Shown one piece after another: positions 1-12,657 of a stretch of DNA of 64,000 nucleotides. Each line of letters opens with the position of its first letter. Within the stretch, counting starts at the first letter, position 1. Below the pieces are notes generated by a model. It worked only from the letters and a program-made list of their open reading frames with translations, did no database searches and was not told where the DNA came from. The position numbers and the translations under genes were made by a program. Origin of the DNA: Selaginella moellendorffii (taxonomy: Eukaryota; Plantae; Lycopodiophyta); the NCBI RefSeq assembly GCF_000143415.4, contig NW_003314424.1, forward strand, positions 157,647 to 221,646. Reading direction: 5' to 3'.

Positions 1-239
1 TCTATCCTATTTGCTACTTTAACCGCTGAACCTTTAGCCGATGGAAACAGCTCCAGCCCTGGATCAGAGACAATCTCCCACTCACCATCATCACCCGGTA
101 ACCATGCTCAAGACCTCAACCTAATTATCTAGGGTTCATCTGGATCTATGGCTTACACTCTCATGCGCGAGGAGCTCTTGGACTTTGTGCTATCCGAGAA
201 GCTGCTTGGTATTGATTGGCATAGTTCATTTTTCGTCTC

Positions 240-900
240 TCACTGCTTACAGCTACTACAGTACAGGCTTTCAATTTTGACGATTGATACAAGGAGTGGT
301 ATATAGACCACGGATCCCAGGAGAACAATGTTCACGTGCTCGAAACAATGGCTTTTCCTGCCGAATTTTTTCCAAATGGCATCCAGCCATACAAAGGTAT
401 GGGAGTTAGAATACACCATACCTTGACTGGTGTGATTTACCACAAGGACGGCTACTTTTGCTCTACCCACCATAGATGCTTGGCGGATGAGAAAATGATG
501 AAGACTCACAAAGCTAAGGAGATTCCAGGATACCATGTATGTTACACTGCTACTTTGAGAGGTATGTTTTCTGTGTTTTATTGCTTTCTATTTATTCAGC
601 ATTGAATTTTAAGAGACATTATCCCACTTGAAATGGTGCTGATCTTTGGTGGACTTGGAAGTATTCCAAAATCACATGGCCACGGTATTCTATCATCACA
701 AGCTGGGTTCCACAAGTTGGGTTTCATGAGTGGCCTTTTGTATCATTTTGTGATCACGAAGTATTTGATTTATAGATGATATTTTTTTTACAACATTTAT
801 TTTTCTATTTTCTCAGTATCAAAGACATAGAATGGATCATGGAGGGCACGGACTGGACTTTCAAGATCACCTGCATCAATTGTAAAAAGTAGATCCTACA
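240..900 (+). pseudogene. Unidentified decayed coding remnant (5' end outside window)
   Basis: Short open stretch 336-605 flanked by GT..AG intron-like segments and in-frame stops; no family recognised. Confidence 0.2.
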
Positions 901-1035
901 GTGGTGAAAGGAGTTGTGACTGTACACAAAGAAGGTTGAGTTAAAAACTCAGGGAGAGCGCCTCGAATGTCTAACCGTAATCCATCCCTGCCAAGAACAA
1001 AAAGAATAAAGCAAAAACCCGTCTACCTATAGCAT

Positions 1036-1285
1036 ATGTTGGTGTTTCCTTCAAAACGTTCGCCAGCATCACGTAAGGCAAGTGCTTCCCCAGACTTTTG
1101 GAGTGAGTCGTCTCTAAACATTCTCCACTCCCTCGACTCCGGAGCTAATGCCATCCGAGTGTGTGATGCAAGCTCCAACGAAGGATGTCCAGCCGATAGC
1201 TCCAGGCCTGAGAGGCATCGAATTCAGCAACTCATGAGCCTCCGTTAACTTCCCAACTCTTCCCAGGATGTCAGCCAGTAGTGCT
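1036..1285 (-). pseudogene. PLS-class PPR gene fragment (last repeat / E domain)
   Basis: LADILGRVGKLTEAHELLNSMPLRPGAIGWTSFVGAC matches the S2/E-domain pattern of the intact PPR at 14580-16739; no upstream repeats present. Confidence 0.75.
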
Positions 1286-1371
1286 AACTTTAGGGCTCTT
1301 GGTTTGTATGCATTGCCGCTGCGATATTCCGAGCGATTGACCGCGCGTCTAGTGATTTCTGGGAGCTGCCG

Positions 1372-2192
1372 ATGGCTTTGGAGGCTGTCTTTAGCAAATG
1401 CTTTTCTGGAGCTGGGATTTCTCATGGATGTGGAAATTTCTTTCTAGGGGGATTTGCAGCAGCTGAGCTCGAGCTCCAGGTCGTGTTTCACGGGAAGGAA
1501 ATTGGCAGTAACAGGTGCGTGAGACACGTTTTCGACAGCGACAGTGCTCATTCGTGCATGTTTGCGGGCGCTCAATGTGGTACCTCCTCCAGTACGCAGG
1601 AGTACCCAAGAAATGCTGGTTCCTCTAAGATACGCTGCTCGTCAAATGATCCTCCCTCAGCTTGGCCAGAGCAATGGTGGATGGAGCTAGGAAAAAATCC
1701 TGGGATGGACCAAAGCCCATTTCACTTCTTGGATCCACGGGCTCCATCGGCACACAGGTTAGAATCCCTGTTTTCCTTCGTTTCCTATGCAAGCGATGAG
1801 GATGCTAACGTGGTGTTGTGCCACACACTTGACATCATCTCGGAAAACCCTGACAGATTCGAAGTTGTTGGCCTGGCTTCTGGCTCAAACGTTACACTTG
1901 TTGCTGATCAGGTAAACTACGAATTGGTCAGCCGTCGTATCTGTTTATACGAGCTTACACTGCCAATCAACAGGTCAGGAGATTCAAACCAAGCATGGTT
2001 GGGATTCGAGACCGAATTAAAAGAAGCCATTGCTGATCTTGACGAAAATCCAGAGATTGTCGTTGGGGACGAAGGAATTGTACAGGTACTTCAATTTGCT
2101 CAGTTGTTTTTTCTCATATTTTTTTTCTCTTGTGTTTGCTTTTTTTTGCTCTTCAGATAGCGTGTCATCCAGAGGCAGTAGAAGTTGTGGCA
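1372..2192 (+). pseudogene. DXR: 1-deoxy-D-xylulose 5-phosphate reductoisomerase 5' fragment, pseudogene
   Basis: Exons encode [60 protein letters not shown] and IACHPEAVEVVA. Lesions: frameshift near 1668, acceptor AG apparently changed to AC near 1823, deletion near 2012. Continues inverted at about 2430-2567. Confidence 0.9.
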
Positions 2193-2567
2193 TATTGGCG
2201 GAGGCAGCCGCGCGCATACCGGACAACAAAGATCAGTTGAATGCGGTGCTGGAGGTGGCGCAGCGAGTTTTCAAGCAAGCGTACGTTGTGGAGGGGCCTC
2301 GAGGGGAAATAGTTACATGCCTGTTGCAAGCACGTCGTTGAAGACTAAGTTTACTCAGCCGGCAGTCCATATGTTCTACCTCTTGCAAAGAAACACGGAA
2401 TCAACATCCTACCTGCGGGAGATTTTCCTTGTTGGCTAGAGCAATATCCTTTCCAGCTGCTATTGCTGCTACTGTAGGCTGCAAAGAATATTATTGTACA
2501 TGTCTAAGTGCTTGAAGAACAAACTTTCGTGTACGCTTACCTTGAGGCTAGCACAACCAACCATTCC
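2193..2567. other. 375-bp inverted segment: DXR continuation on - strand, NTPase-gene continuation on + strand
   Basis: Minus strand from 2567 reads GMVGCASLK, an intron, then [16 protein letters not shown] (DXR). Plus strand from 2193 reads (I)LAEAAARIP...GPRGEIVTCLLQARR. Flipping the segment restores both frames exactly. Confidence 0.85.
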
Positions 2568-3636
2568 TAGGCTTGAACGTGTCCGCGGTGAAGACCCAGT
2601 CACGGTTGGTCGGATCCTTTCTTCAGCTGCAAGGACATTAGCTTCTTTGCCTGCTCGAAGTCCCACCACAAGCTCCCCACCACCCAGATCGGCTCAAAGA
2701 ACCTGGTCGAAGAGGAGCTGCGCTCTTGCATTTGCGGAGGGATGACGAGGCCGAGCTTTCCGGCAGTATCTGCTACCAGTCCGAACACCTTTAAGTTGCG
2801 CGGAATGCACGAAAAAAACCTCCTGCAGGTCAGGAATGAACCGGCTACCTGTCCAAACCATGAAGACACCTTGTCCATGCAGACAATGATCTTCTTATCC
2901 GGTACGAAAGTCTTGTTGGCCGTCTTCCGGATCCAGTGAGTTAGCTTCACACCATCCCAGTCCTGTCCTGGACCCGGCTTGGACACACGCACCTCCTCCA
3001 GCACCTCCCCACGGAGTTTAAGGTAGCTGGAGGAAAGAGCACCAGCAGCACAAAGTCAGCAAGCAAAAAGAGAAGATAGGAGAAGATAGTCGCGTACCTT
3101 TTAGCCACGGGTTCGCCAAAGTGTGGCTCCGACTGCTCCTTCATCCACTCCTCCGGAGATTTCTCTTTGATCTGAGTTAAAATGGCGAGAACCCATGCTG
3201 CCACGGCGTGTGGATCGTTGCTCATTTTGCTACTAATCAGCTGCTGCGCCACAGCACTTCGATCCGGGATGCCTGTAGACCCGATCTTGAGAAAGGAGAC
3301 GTACACTACGTAGAAGCCCTTGGTGGCCAGCTCTCGCATGGTTCTTGACTTTCCCCACCCAGAGCTCTGCAGCACCATCGTCCATGCTGCAAGCTGCCCC
3401 ATATCGTTGTGCCACTCGTCAAACAAGCCATTGATAACCTCTGCAACGTAGTCCAACACTTTGCAAGGATCCTGGTAAGGGCGATCCCAGGCCACCTGTA
3501 GCGCCTCCTTGACACTCAGTGGGTAGTCAACTTTTGGACGTACTGTGGTTGGAGATGCATACTCAAGCACGGCCAAGACGAGTCCCCGGCGTTTTGAATC
3601 GCTGTGAGCAGCCCTTCCATCCATTCCTGATTTCAA
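2568..3636 (-). pseudogene. P-loop NTPase of fungal/Crinkler(CR)-like type, decayed
   Basis: Walker A VLQSSGWGKSRTMRELA, STGIPDRS, Walker B-like IIVCMDK, VADTAGKL; GT-AG intron 3027-3097 joins ORFs 2947-3636 and 2600-3004; internal deletion and frameshifts. Confidence 0.6.
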
Positions 3637-4041
3637 CAGTAGAGGATCGTCCCAAGGGACGACGGTGGTGAGCCATGTGAAGAGGTTATCCGAGATATTG
3701 GCAGTGATGGATCAAACGGGGGCATACCCCGGGCCAGTTTCTCAAGAGCGTCGCGCTGGCTTGCAGGAAGTGCTGGGTGAGAGAGGCATGAGACACAAGA
3801 TAGGCAGCGTCATATTGCGTACATACCACAAACATACACGTCGCGTGAGGGCGCAAGAGTGCGTCGCCATGCTCCTTGTTCAGCTCCTCCGCCGAGACAG
3901 TGTTAGGAACCGCAAGATTCGCACCGTCAAACTCCCATCGCACTCCGCCATCCCTAGTTCTACCAGGGTTTCCTACAAAACCTGATGTTGGAGACTGACT
4001 AAATCAAATTCCATTCTATAAGGATATACATACAACCCAAA

Positions 4042-7000
4042 CTACGTCGTCATAAACGTCCATAGTTTCTTTCTCAAGGGCTGAGAATCACCACTGTCGC
4101 CATCGCCTTCACTCATGCCTTCTTCGTCATCATCCACTTCTTCATCCATCTCCATTTCCTCCTCCTCCTCCTCCTCCTCCTCTTCTTCTGCCTCCTCATT
4201 GTCCTCGTCGTCTCCTCCTTGTGCTACTTCCTCCAGGCCCCCGTTCTCCACCTCTTCTGTCACCACCTCCACAGCCACGAACTCCTCGATGAGGCTAACA
4301 GTTTGTGCGCCCTCGCCCTCCCCTCCTTCCAAACCTCGCAAGTCTTGGTTGCCTACTGTAGTTGCATTGACTTCCTGGTCCGCGTCTCCTGTGGTCGGTC
4401 CATCCTCGCTCACACCGTTACAAGCGCCACCGTCGTGGCTCTGCAAAACAAAACCAACCAAACCAAAAAGTCACCTCATCACGCACGCACAGAAGAGGAT
4501 GGGTATCTTACAGTAGCCGGGTCTTCACTCTTTTGCGATTTCTTGGTCGCCGAAGCTCCATGCGTTCCTCCTTGTGTCGCCAGCATACTTGCACTGAAAT
4601 CGGTAAAGCGCATTAGGACGTGATACAAGTGTTTCTAGACTTACATTGTGGAGTCCCTGAAGTTGTACCGAGGGGTAGAGTCGCCATTCATCGCAGACTG
4701 TGACGCCTCCCGCTGTTTCCTCTTTTTCCTTCCACTGGCTGTCGCCTCCGGGTTCACTGCAGCACCCTCGCTCTCTTCCAGCCGCCTCTTCTTCCCAACT
4801 GTCAGTTCTGCTTGGTCCACGTCTGCTACTGGCACCTTGTCCTCCTCGCCACCCTGAGAAATGCTTTTCGGAAATATTCTGGACGCACAAGTTCGCAGCC
4901 ATGACAATCGGCTCGGAGTGATGGTTCGACTTGGAGTAGAGCTTGGAAGGGGCTGCAACTCGTTCTCGGACGAAATCCTCCTGGCGGACATAACTTCCCC
5001 ATCGTTGGCGTTCTTCTGTGAAGGTTGTTGCTCTGACATCCTTAAGCTGTCCTCGAGTTCCTTCAGGTCCTCCTTTAGCTTCCTCTGCCTCTCTGCTTCT
5101 TGCAGTACTTCTTGCCTTTCCGCCCGCAAAGCTTCTCGTTGCTCCTTCAGCTTCTCCCTCTGGACTTGTAACTCGTGTATATCCTTCTTTATTTCTTCCC
5201 ATTCAGCTTCAGCAAGCTCGCGCTGTCCAATTATCGCCAACCGCTCCTTCTCAAGACTCCGCTTCTCGGACTCCACGCCATCCAAATCCTTTCTAGCTTT
5301 TTCACTTATCTGTGCCACCTCTTGGCGCTCCTTCTGAACTTGTGACAGTAAGCGAGCTTCCCGCTCCTCTGCTTGCTTCTCCATCTCCTCCACTTTCTTG
5401 GCCATGTTCCGTTCAAGCTCAGCATGCCGCAGATCAACATCACGGATCAGCTCTTCCCTCTCCCTTTCGAGCCTAGACAAAATCTCAGCTTTCTCCAGCT
5501 CTGCAGTTCGCGCCAGAGCTTCCCTTTCAAGTGCCAAGGTCTCCATTTCCCTGTCCACCTGCTCGCGGAGCTCTCGCCTTTCCTGCTTTAGCCGTTCCTC
5601 CTCGTCATGCAGCCACTTCATTGACTGGTTTTTACTCGCCTCGAAGTGATCGATTTCGTTCGTAAGCCTGTCCTTCCTTTCATCGAGTAACTCCCACTGA
5701 GCCTCGAACTTCTCCTTGTCTTTCTTAAGCTCGTCGGATTCTGTCGTTAAGTCTTGTTTACGTACCCGAAAATCGTCTATCTCCTCTTTCAACCGCAGCT
5801 GAACCTTGAGAAGATCTTCCCTCTCCTTCTCGATCACATTAAGCTTCTCCTTCTCCTCCTGAATCTGCATCTTGACCCCCTCGAGTTCATCTTTCTCGGA
5901 AGCTAACGCCAGACGAAGCGCGGAAATCTCCTTCTCAAAGTCGGCCTTCTTTGTCCTTAAAGCCTGCTCGTTCTCATCCAGGGTCCTCGAGATATCCTCC
6001 TACCATGCAGAAACAAATAAGCGCGTGAGGCACATAGAATACAATGTTTACCAGGCTTTGCTTTGACACAGCCAAAAGATTCTCCCGAGTACTCAAACTG
6101 GCTTCTAGATCAACAAGACGTTCCTTTTCCTTCGCGTTTGCTTGTTCAAGTTCTCGTACCATCTGCTCGTGTTGTTCAAATGCCTGGAAGAATGATAACA
6201 GGAATAGATACTTTAGCAGGCAGAACACAGTTCTTTTGCTCACCCTGTCCCTGCTGGCAAGCTTCTCTTGTAGCAGCAAGATTTCCTGTTCCTTCTTTGT
6301 TGCAGCATTCTCCCTTTCCACAGCAGCCTGTGTAAAAGTATAAGACAAACATAAAAACAGAAACGTGTCGTATCGCATTCACTAACCTCCTCTCTCAGTG
6401 AAAGCGCAGACAGCAAAGCACTATACTCTGCCTGTTCTTGCCGTAGTGCAGAACGGTCCTTTTCTAGAACCTTTCTTGCTTCATCCAGGTCCCTCTCAAG
6501 TTTCGTAAGTGCATCATCCCTCTGTTGCATGTACTCCTCTCTCTTGTTCAGAAGCTTCTCGTTCTCCACAAATCTAGCCTGACTCTCTTCGAGGGTGCGT
6601 TCCCAGCCCTTGAGGTTCTGCTTTTCATGTTCAAGCTCCAGCTTATGCGCCCCGCACCTTTAACAAAGACTCTCAACTGTCAGAAGCGGGTTCCAGAAGA
6701 TAAAAGGGCTTACTCTGCCAGAAAACTGTGCCGCTGCCTTCTCAAGGCGTCTTCACGAGACTCGACTTCCTGCAGCTTTCTTTCCGCGTCAGCGTGCTTC
6801 CTGTTTGCTTTCGCAAGCAACGCCTCCGCGGAATGTAGCTTAGACTCCGCCTCGAGCAGCTTTTCTTCAGCGCTCATTGCCGTTGCCTTGCCTTGTTGAA
6901 ACTGCGTAGCAGCGGCTGCCTTGGCTTCAGCGACTTCCTCGTGCATTTCTTTGAGGGCCTTCTCGAGCTGGACACAAACGGCAAAGGTTGTGACAAGTGA

Positions 7001-7586
7001 AGAGAGAGCAATGGCGCTGTAGCTTACGTCGGCCACGCATTTCTTCTCGGTGGTGACAGCACGCTTCAGAGAATCCTCGCGCCTCTCCGCCTCTTGCAGC
7101 GCAATCATGTGAGCGGATTGTTCCCGCTTGAGCCCATCTCTCGTCTCGTCAATCACGCTCTTGAGACGCTCCGACTCGCCGCGCAGCTTGTTGGATTCCA
7201 GGAGCAGCAGCCCCATCTGGTACTGGTAGTCGTACAGCTGGAGATCCAGGCCGAGCGTCGCGTGAGACCAAGACTACCCGGAAAGAAACAAGACCCACCT
7301 CAGTTTCGAGCTTGGAGATATGAGCGAGGAGAGCATTGCGATCCTTGAGCTCCAGCGATTCTTGGTCCAGCGCACCCGCTTCCCGGAATGTCTGCCAGAT
7401 CTCGCTGCTGGACTTGCCCGCGCCATCTCCTGCGCCATTCCCAGCTAGGGTTCCGTCCGCGGACTGGTGCTGCTGCCGCCCATCTGGTGGGGAGGAGGAA
7501 GCAAACCTGACCTCTCGCCTTTCCGTGGACACAGAGAAGCCAGCTCCCCGGTTGGGCGTCGCGCCGCGCCTGTGCGGGGTAAACAT
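4042..7586 (-). CDS. NMCP1: Nuclear matrix constituent protein 1 / CRWN (plant lamin-like), multi-exon
   Basis: N-terminal MFTP.R, QYQMGLLLLE motif, long coiled-coil rod, RYNFR motif, acidic tail and C-terminal KKLWTFMTT; canonical short introns. Confidence 0.93.
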
Positions 7587-8016
7587 CGCGCTCTCTTTCT
7601 CTTCTCGCAACCAAAAGCCCTAAACCCGTCTATCGGGACATTTCGCTAGAGAGCGGAATATTCCCCCGACGCTTAAACCCTGGCTAACCCTCATAGGTCT
7701 CGCGATTGGCAATGTGTGGAGGGAGGGGCTCTCTCTCCTCGTCTTCGTCTTCCTGGCTAGGAGAAGAATAGGGCTTCGATGAAAGGCGTCCGAGGCAAGG
7801 GCATCTCCTCATTCTTCCGTGTCTCTTCCTCCCCGCTCTGCCACACTCCCACTCTCGCCCCCCATCTCTGGAGGCATTGCGTGCCATTCGGCGCCAGATT
7901 TCCAGCGCTATCCCTGCCATCGGTGCCGCGGCGTGAGCTATGGCAAGTGATTGCGAGTGACGAGGTATATAAGCTGTGCATGCCTTGGCATTTAGGTTAA
8001 CCTAGTCTGTGTTTGT

Positions 8017-11000
8017 ATGAAGAGGAAGATGCCTTCACAGCGCGGGCGAAAAGCCAAGACCGCCGCCAGCGACGGTGCTACTGTCTGGGTGCCAAAGGCA
8101 ACAATCTCCACATCTGCGCAGCAACAGCGTCCCTCCTCGCAGGCCGCCGTGGCCGAGCCCATGACCGAGACGGCCTATCCCGCCAAAAAGGGCCAGACCA
8201 AAGTCAAGTCGGAAGTTCGGGCCACCTTCTATCCCAAGTTTGAGAATGAAAAGTCCGATCAAGAGGTACTGCCTTGTCTTTCTACTCGTTTGGTTTATAG
8301 GATTGCCTTGGTAGATCCGAAGTCGGATGATCGAGGTGGTGGCTTCCGGCAGAGGTGTTGTGGAGGTGAGTTCCCGAGCAGTGAAAAGAAGCTTGCTTAT
8401 CCAGGGTTGTGTAGGTCACCTTGAAACATTCTGGATCCCTGTTTATGTACGCTGGTGATGGACAGGCTTTCGCGAAAAACAGCTATGGAAATCTGTAAGG
8501 CGGTTTACTCTTGGCCTGGTTTTCACGTTGTTTGTTTTTTGCTTGTGCCAGATATACGGCTGTTGGTGTGTATGTTCTGGGAAAAACCCTCGAACAAGCA
8601 TGGGGCGATCAAGCCAAAGCCAAGCAGAGAGAATTCAATGCGTACCTTAAGGTTTTCCCAGGGTTTTTGCCAATGGTATCATGTCAAACTGGTTTTTATT
8701 TCCCAGGAACACCGTATTTCAATCTCCATGGAACTTGTGACGGCTGTGCTTGGTGATCACGGTCAAAGGCCTCTCAAAGATTACGGTCTGATGTCTGTTA
8801 TTCTTTTAACAACGGCACTGACTTCTACCTCGTTACATGAACAGTGGTGGTGACAGCAGTTACAGAGCTTACAGGCCGTCCCAGATTTTTTTCTACCCCC
8901 GATCTTGTGGAATTCTGCAGGAAGTGGCGTCTTCCAACGAATGAGGTGTGGTTATTCTCCACAAGGTATGTGTACGATCTACTTGATCTGTCATTGCGAA
9001 TGAATTTCTCGTCAGGAAGTCCGCCTCAACATGTTTCGCGGCTTACGACGTCTTATGTGAGCAGAGCATTTATACGCTTGTTCGCGACAACTTCAACAAA
9101 ATTGCAGATGCGACTGTCCCAGGTATTTGTTTCTCTTCTACTTGCGTTTCTCTTGAATGTTTCCTTCTTGTGGTGTAGGCACCGAAAGTCATGCCGTAGT
9201 GCAAGGGGAAATACTGGAGGGACTGGTTGCTCGTATCGTTTCTTTTGAAAGTGGCAAGAAGCTAAAGCTTGTCGCTGAGAAATATCCTGTTCCAGATCAT
9301 GCACCTGGTAAATGTATCGCTTCAGTTTTGATTGGTATGTTTACGATCGGGCTCTTGCAGGTGCTTACACTGCGCCTGGTCTCCGTGAAATATGCATGGC
9401 AAACAGGCAGTCTGAGAAAGAGGTACAGGGTAGCTCTTGACGTACGGACTAATGATCATGTCGTCCAATTTTTCAGCAAAGCAAGGCTCTTTTGAAGGCT
9501 GTTGGCACCGACTTTTGCTCGGACTGGAATGCATGGTTTGACAAGGAAAATGATGCTACTCAGACAGCGTGGCTAAACAAATTTCTACAAACACCTCCTG
9601 CGGATGATCCCACAGCTAAACTTCAGGTACCACTATGTTCTTTTGTTCTGCCTCTAAACTTCTATGGGCAGGAAATGGTGAACTTGCTACGCCAAAAAAA
9701 TATGCGCGTGAGGTTTAAATGTCAGTCTCGCCAAGGCTCGGAGAACGAGTTCACAATGACTATTCATGTACTACAAGACTCTGTATTTAGAAGATATCAG
9801 AAGGAGATGCAGTATGTGATTTTCTTTCTGCCGCATTCTCTAATAATTTCTGTGCAGGTACAATCCAAGCCTATGGCCTTTATACAGAGGTGCGGTTTTT
9901 TTAACAAGGAAACTTCATAACATCTGACTTTTATATGTTTCTACAGGTTTCTTTGTGGATGTTATGTTAACCAAAGACTCGCAAAACAATTCTTCTTCTT
10001 CTAATGAGACGGAAGAAGTGACTTTGGGACACCTAGACCAAGATGCAATGGCGGATGATGCTGAGCACTTGATGGTGAAATTGAAGTTCTTGACATACAA
10101 GGTAACACGTTTTTTGCTTGTCTTCTTATGTGGTAACCTCAACTGGATGGTCTTTTCTCTCTCTTTCAGATTCGTACGTTCCTTATTCGTAATGGTATTG
10201 ATATTCTGTTTAATAAGGGGAAGCAGGGTTATAAAGACTATTATTTCAGGTACTTTGGATTCGAAGTTTTGGGCTCAGCTTATGTTTATTTGCCAGGCAA
10301 ATGCAAATCTGGGGCACTTCTGCGGAAAAGCAGCGAGAACTTTCCAGGATGTTGGATGAATGGTATTTTGTTAGAATCGCTGATTGCAGCTGCTCATCCT
10401 CTTGCTTTCCAGGGCTTCACACATCACACAAAAGATTAAGATTGGCAAGCTCAAAGAAGGGTCCTATCTTTCAGAAGCCGAACCGTTTCTGAAAGCTTTT
10501 GCTAGTCGCAGTACAAAGAACCAGCTACTGGTTGGTCAAGCTGGTACTGATATTGACACCGCGGCGTACCTAGCTGCATCTCGTGAAGGTGATGACGAGG
10601 AAGGTGATCTTAAACAAGACGTTGGAGCTTCGCCGGATGTGCCGATTTCCCGTGAAGGCATCAAGGCTAAGGGTCTGCTCGTGTTTTTTCCTGGTACTTG
10701 CTTACTATCGTTTATCGTGAATCGCTTAACGTCAACTTTTCTCTTTGTAGGAATACCTGGGTGCGCAAAATCTGCTCTTTGCAAGGAGATTATCAGCACT
10801 CCAGGTGGCATCGGTGATAAAAGACCGATGAAAAGCTTAATGGGAGACATGATAAAGGGTATGGCGTTGCTATGAGCGACTGACTCAATATTGAGCGTCA
10901 TCTCGTTGCAGGACGTTACTGGCCGAAGCTTGAAGAGGAAAGAAAGAAAAATCCAAACGTAATTACTCTGGCTGATAAGAATGCTCCGACTGCGGATGTG

Positions 11001-12521
11001 TGGAAGCTGGTAAGTATTTTGTTTTAGCCTGTACTACTACTCAAGCACCGTTTCAGGTGACCGATATTTGCAAGTCAACTGATGCCATTGCGGTTCCCAT
11101 AGTTCCTGACTCTGAAGGTTTGACGGCTTGTATAAGCAGAGGAACTTCTAATCATCGTGGTTATTTCAGGCACGGATTCAAATCCATTTTCTTTGGATGC
11201 CCTTGCCGTTTTTATTTTCCGAGTACTTCACCGAGAGCAGCATCCGGTAGGCTTTCGTATTTTGAGGCGCTGCTTTTTCTTTACTGCCTGTTTGTCGCAG
11301 GGCAACCTTGACAAAAACTCCCCATATCCTGGATATGTGCTTATGATGTTCTACAACCTGTACGATGGGATGGTCTGTATTCTTTTCTTTTCTTCATTTT
11401 GTTTTCTTTCCTTACTAGCACGATAATTTTGTGTATAGGATCGAAGTGAATTTGACGCGGAGCTACACAAGCGGTTTGGCTATCTGATCAAATTTCCCTT
11501 GTTGAAGCCGAATCGGTAAAATCTTGTCCTTTTTATCTCTACCGGAAGCGAGTTACGACGCGTGAATTCCAGACCTCCTTTGCCGGGACCTCTGAAAGCT
11601 GTGCTCGACGAAGGACTTGAGCTGTTCAGGAAACACGCCGCAAAGCATGGGAAGTAAGTCATCTGATGGTTTGTGGTTGTTATTCTAAGTTTCCCACTTC
11701 GCAGGGCGGATCCATCGAAGGGAAGCTTCAAGGGAGAGTGGGACGCATGGGAGAAAAAACTGAAGGACACCATGCTTGCACATTCGGCACACATAAATGG
11801 CATTCAGGTAAAACCGTTTTTTCGATTGACAGTAGTTTACAGAGGTGCGCTTGCAGGTTCCCTTCGAAGATGTTGTCAAATCTGTTCGAGAGAAGCTTCG
11901 TGATGTGGTTACTGGCAACGTTCAAGTTCACATGCCAGATACCCAGGAGCGTAAGTTTCGTGCATTCAATTACGCTGCGGTCTCCTTACCTGTGGATGGC
12001 ATTTTGAGCGCTCTGGCCAAGGTAAGTGTCCTAAAGTTTTGAGAAGAATTTGGATTCACAAGTTGTGCTACAGGTATCGAGCGCAGACGCCGGAGCAAAG
12101 GCGTTTCTGGCTCCAAAGAATCTTAGCAACACCCTTCGTGCCGGGCATGTGACACTTGCGCACGTTCGCTCTCACGGTGCGGCAGCGGTGGCGGAGTATG
12201 GCGCATACGTTGGGACGGAAGTGCCGGTTAAGTTCACAGCATTCTTGTACTGCCCAAGGATGTGTGCTTTCGAGGCTCATCTAGACAGCAAAAGCGTGGC
12301 TTCCAAAAACCCAATGCCGCACGTCACGGTGAGTTTTTTCTTTTCTTTGATTCTCTTTATTTCACTGGACTGACCTTCGTTCCGCACAGTTATGGACCGC
12401 TCCTGGCACGCCACCCAAGGAGGCAGGATCGCTGGGCAAGCTAGCTGCGGAGGGCCAAGCTACTCGAGTGGTGCTTCGGCAGCCAATCGTGGTGACGGGC
12501 AAGGTGGAGTTCAAGATGTGA
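8017..12521 (+). CDS. RNL: Plant tRNA ligase (ligase/kinase/cyclic phosphodiesterase), many short exons
   Basis: RATFYPKFENEKSDQE, LKHSGSLFMY, ISISMELVTAVLGDHGQRP, FFPGIPGCAKSALCKE P-loop, GHVTLAH and PHVT CPDase motifs; stop TGA 12519-12521. Confidence 0.95.
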
Positions 12522-12537
12522 GAGAGTAGAGACTCTC

Positions 12538-12557
12538 AGAGAGAGAGAGAGAGAGAG
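12538..12557. repeat. (GA)n microsatellite
   Basis: Direct reading; lies between convergent RNL and PR-1 stop codons. Confidence 0.9.
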
Positions 12558-12657
12558 ACATAGGTGGTTTTTGTGAATACCCCTCACCCCCTGTGTAGAG
12601 TTGAGTGAGCGACTGTGGATCGCGCGAGATGAGAATTGGAGAGAGGTAGAGAGGTAG

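Noticed and set aside
4042-4461. Stand-alone acidic 139-aa ORF
   Set aside because: It is the last exon of NMCP1 (ends KKLWTFMTT).
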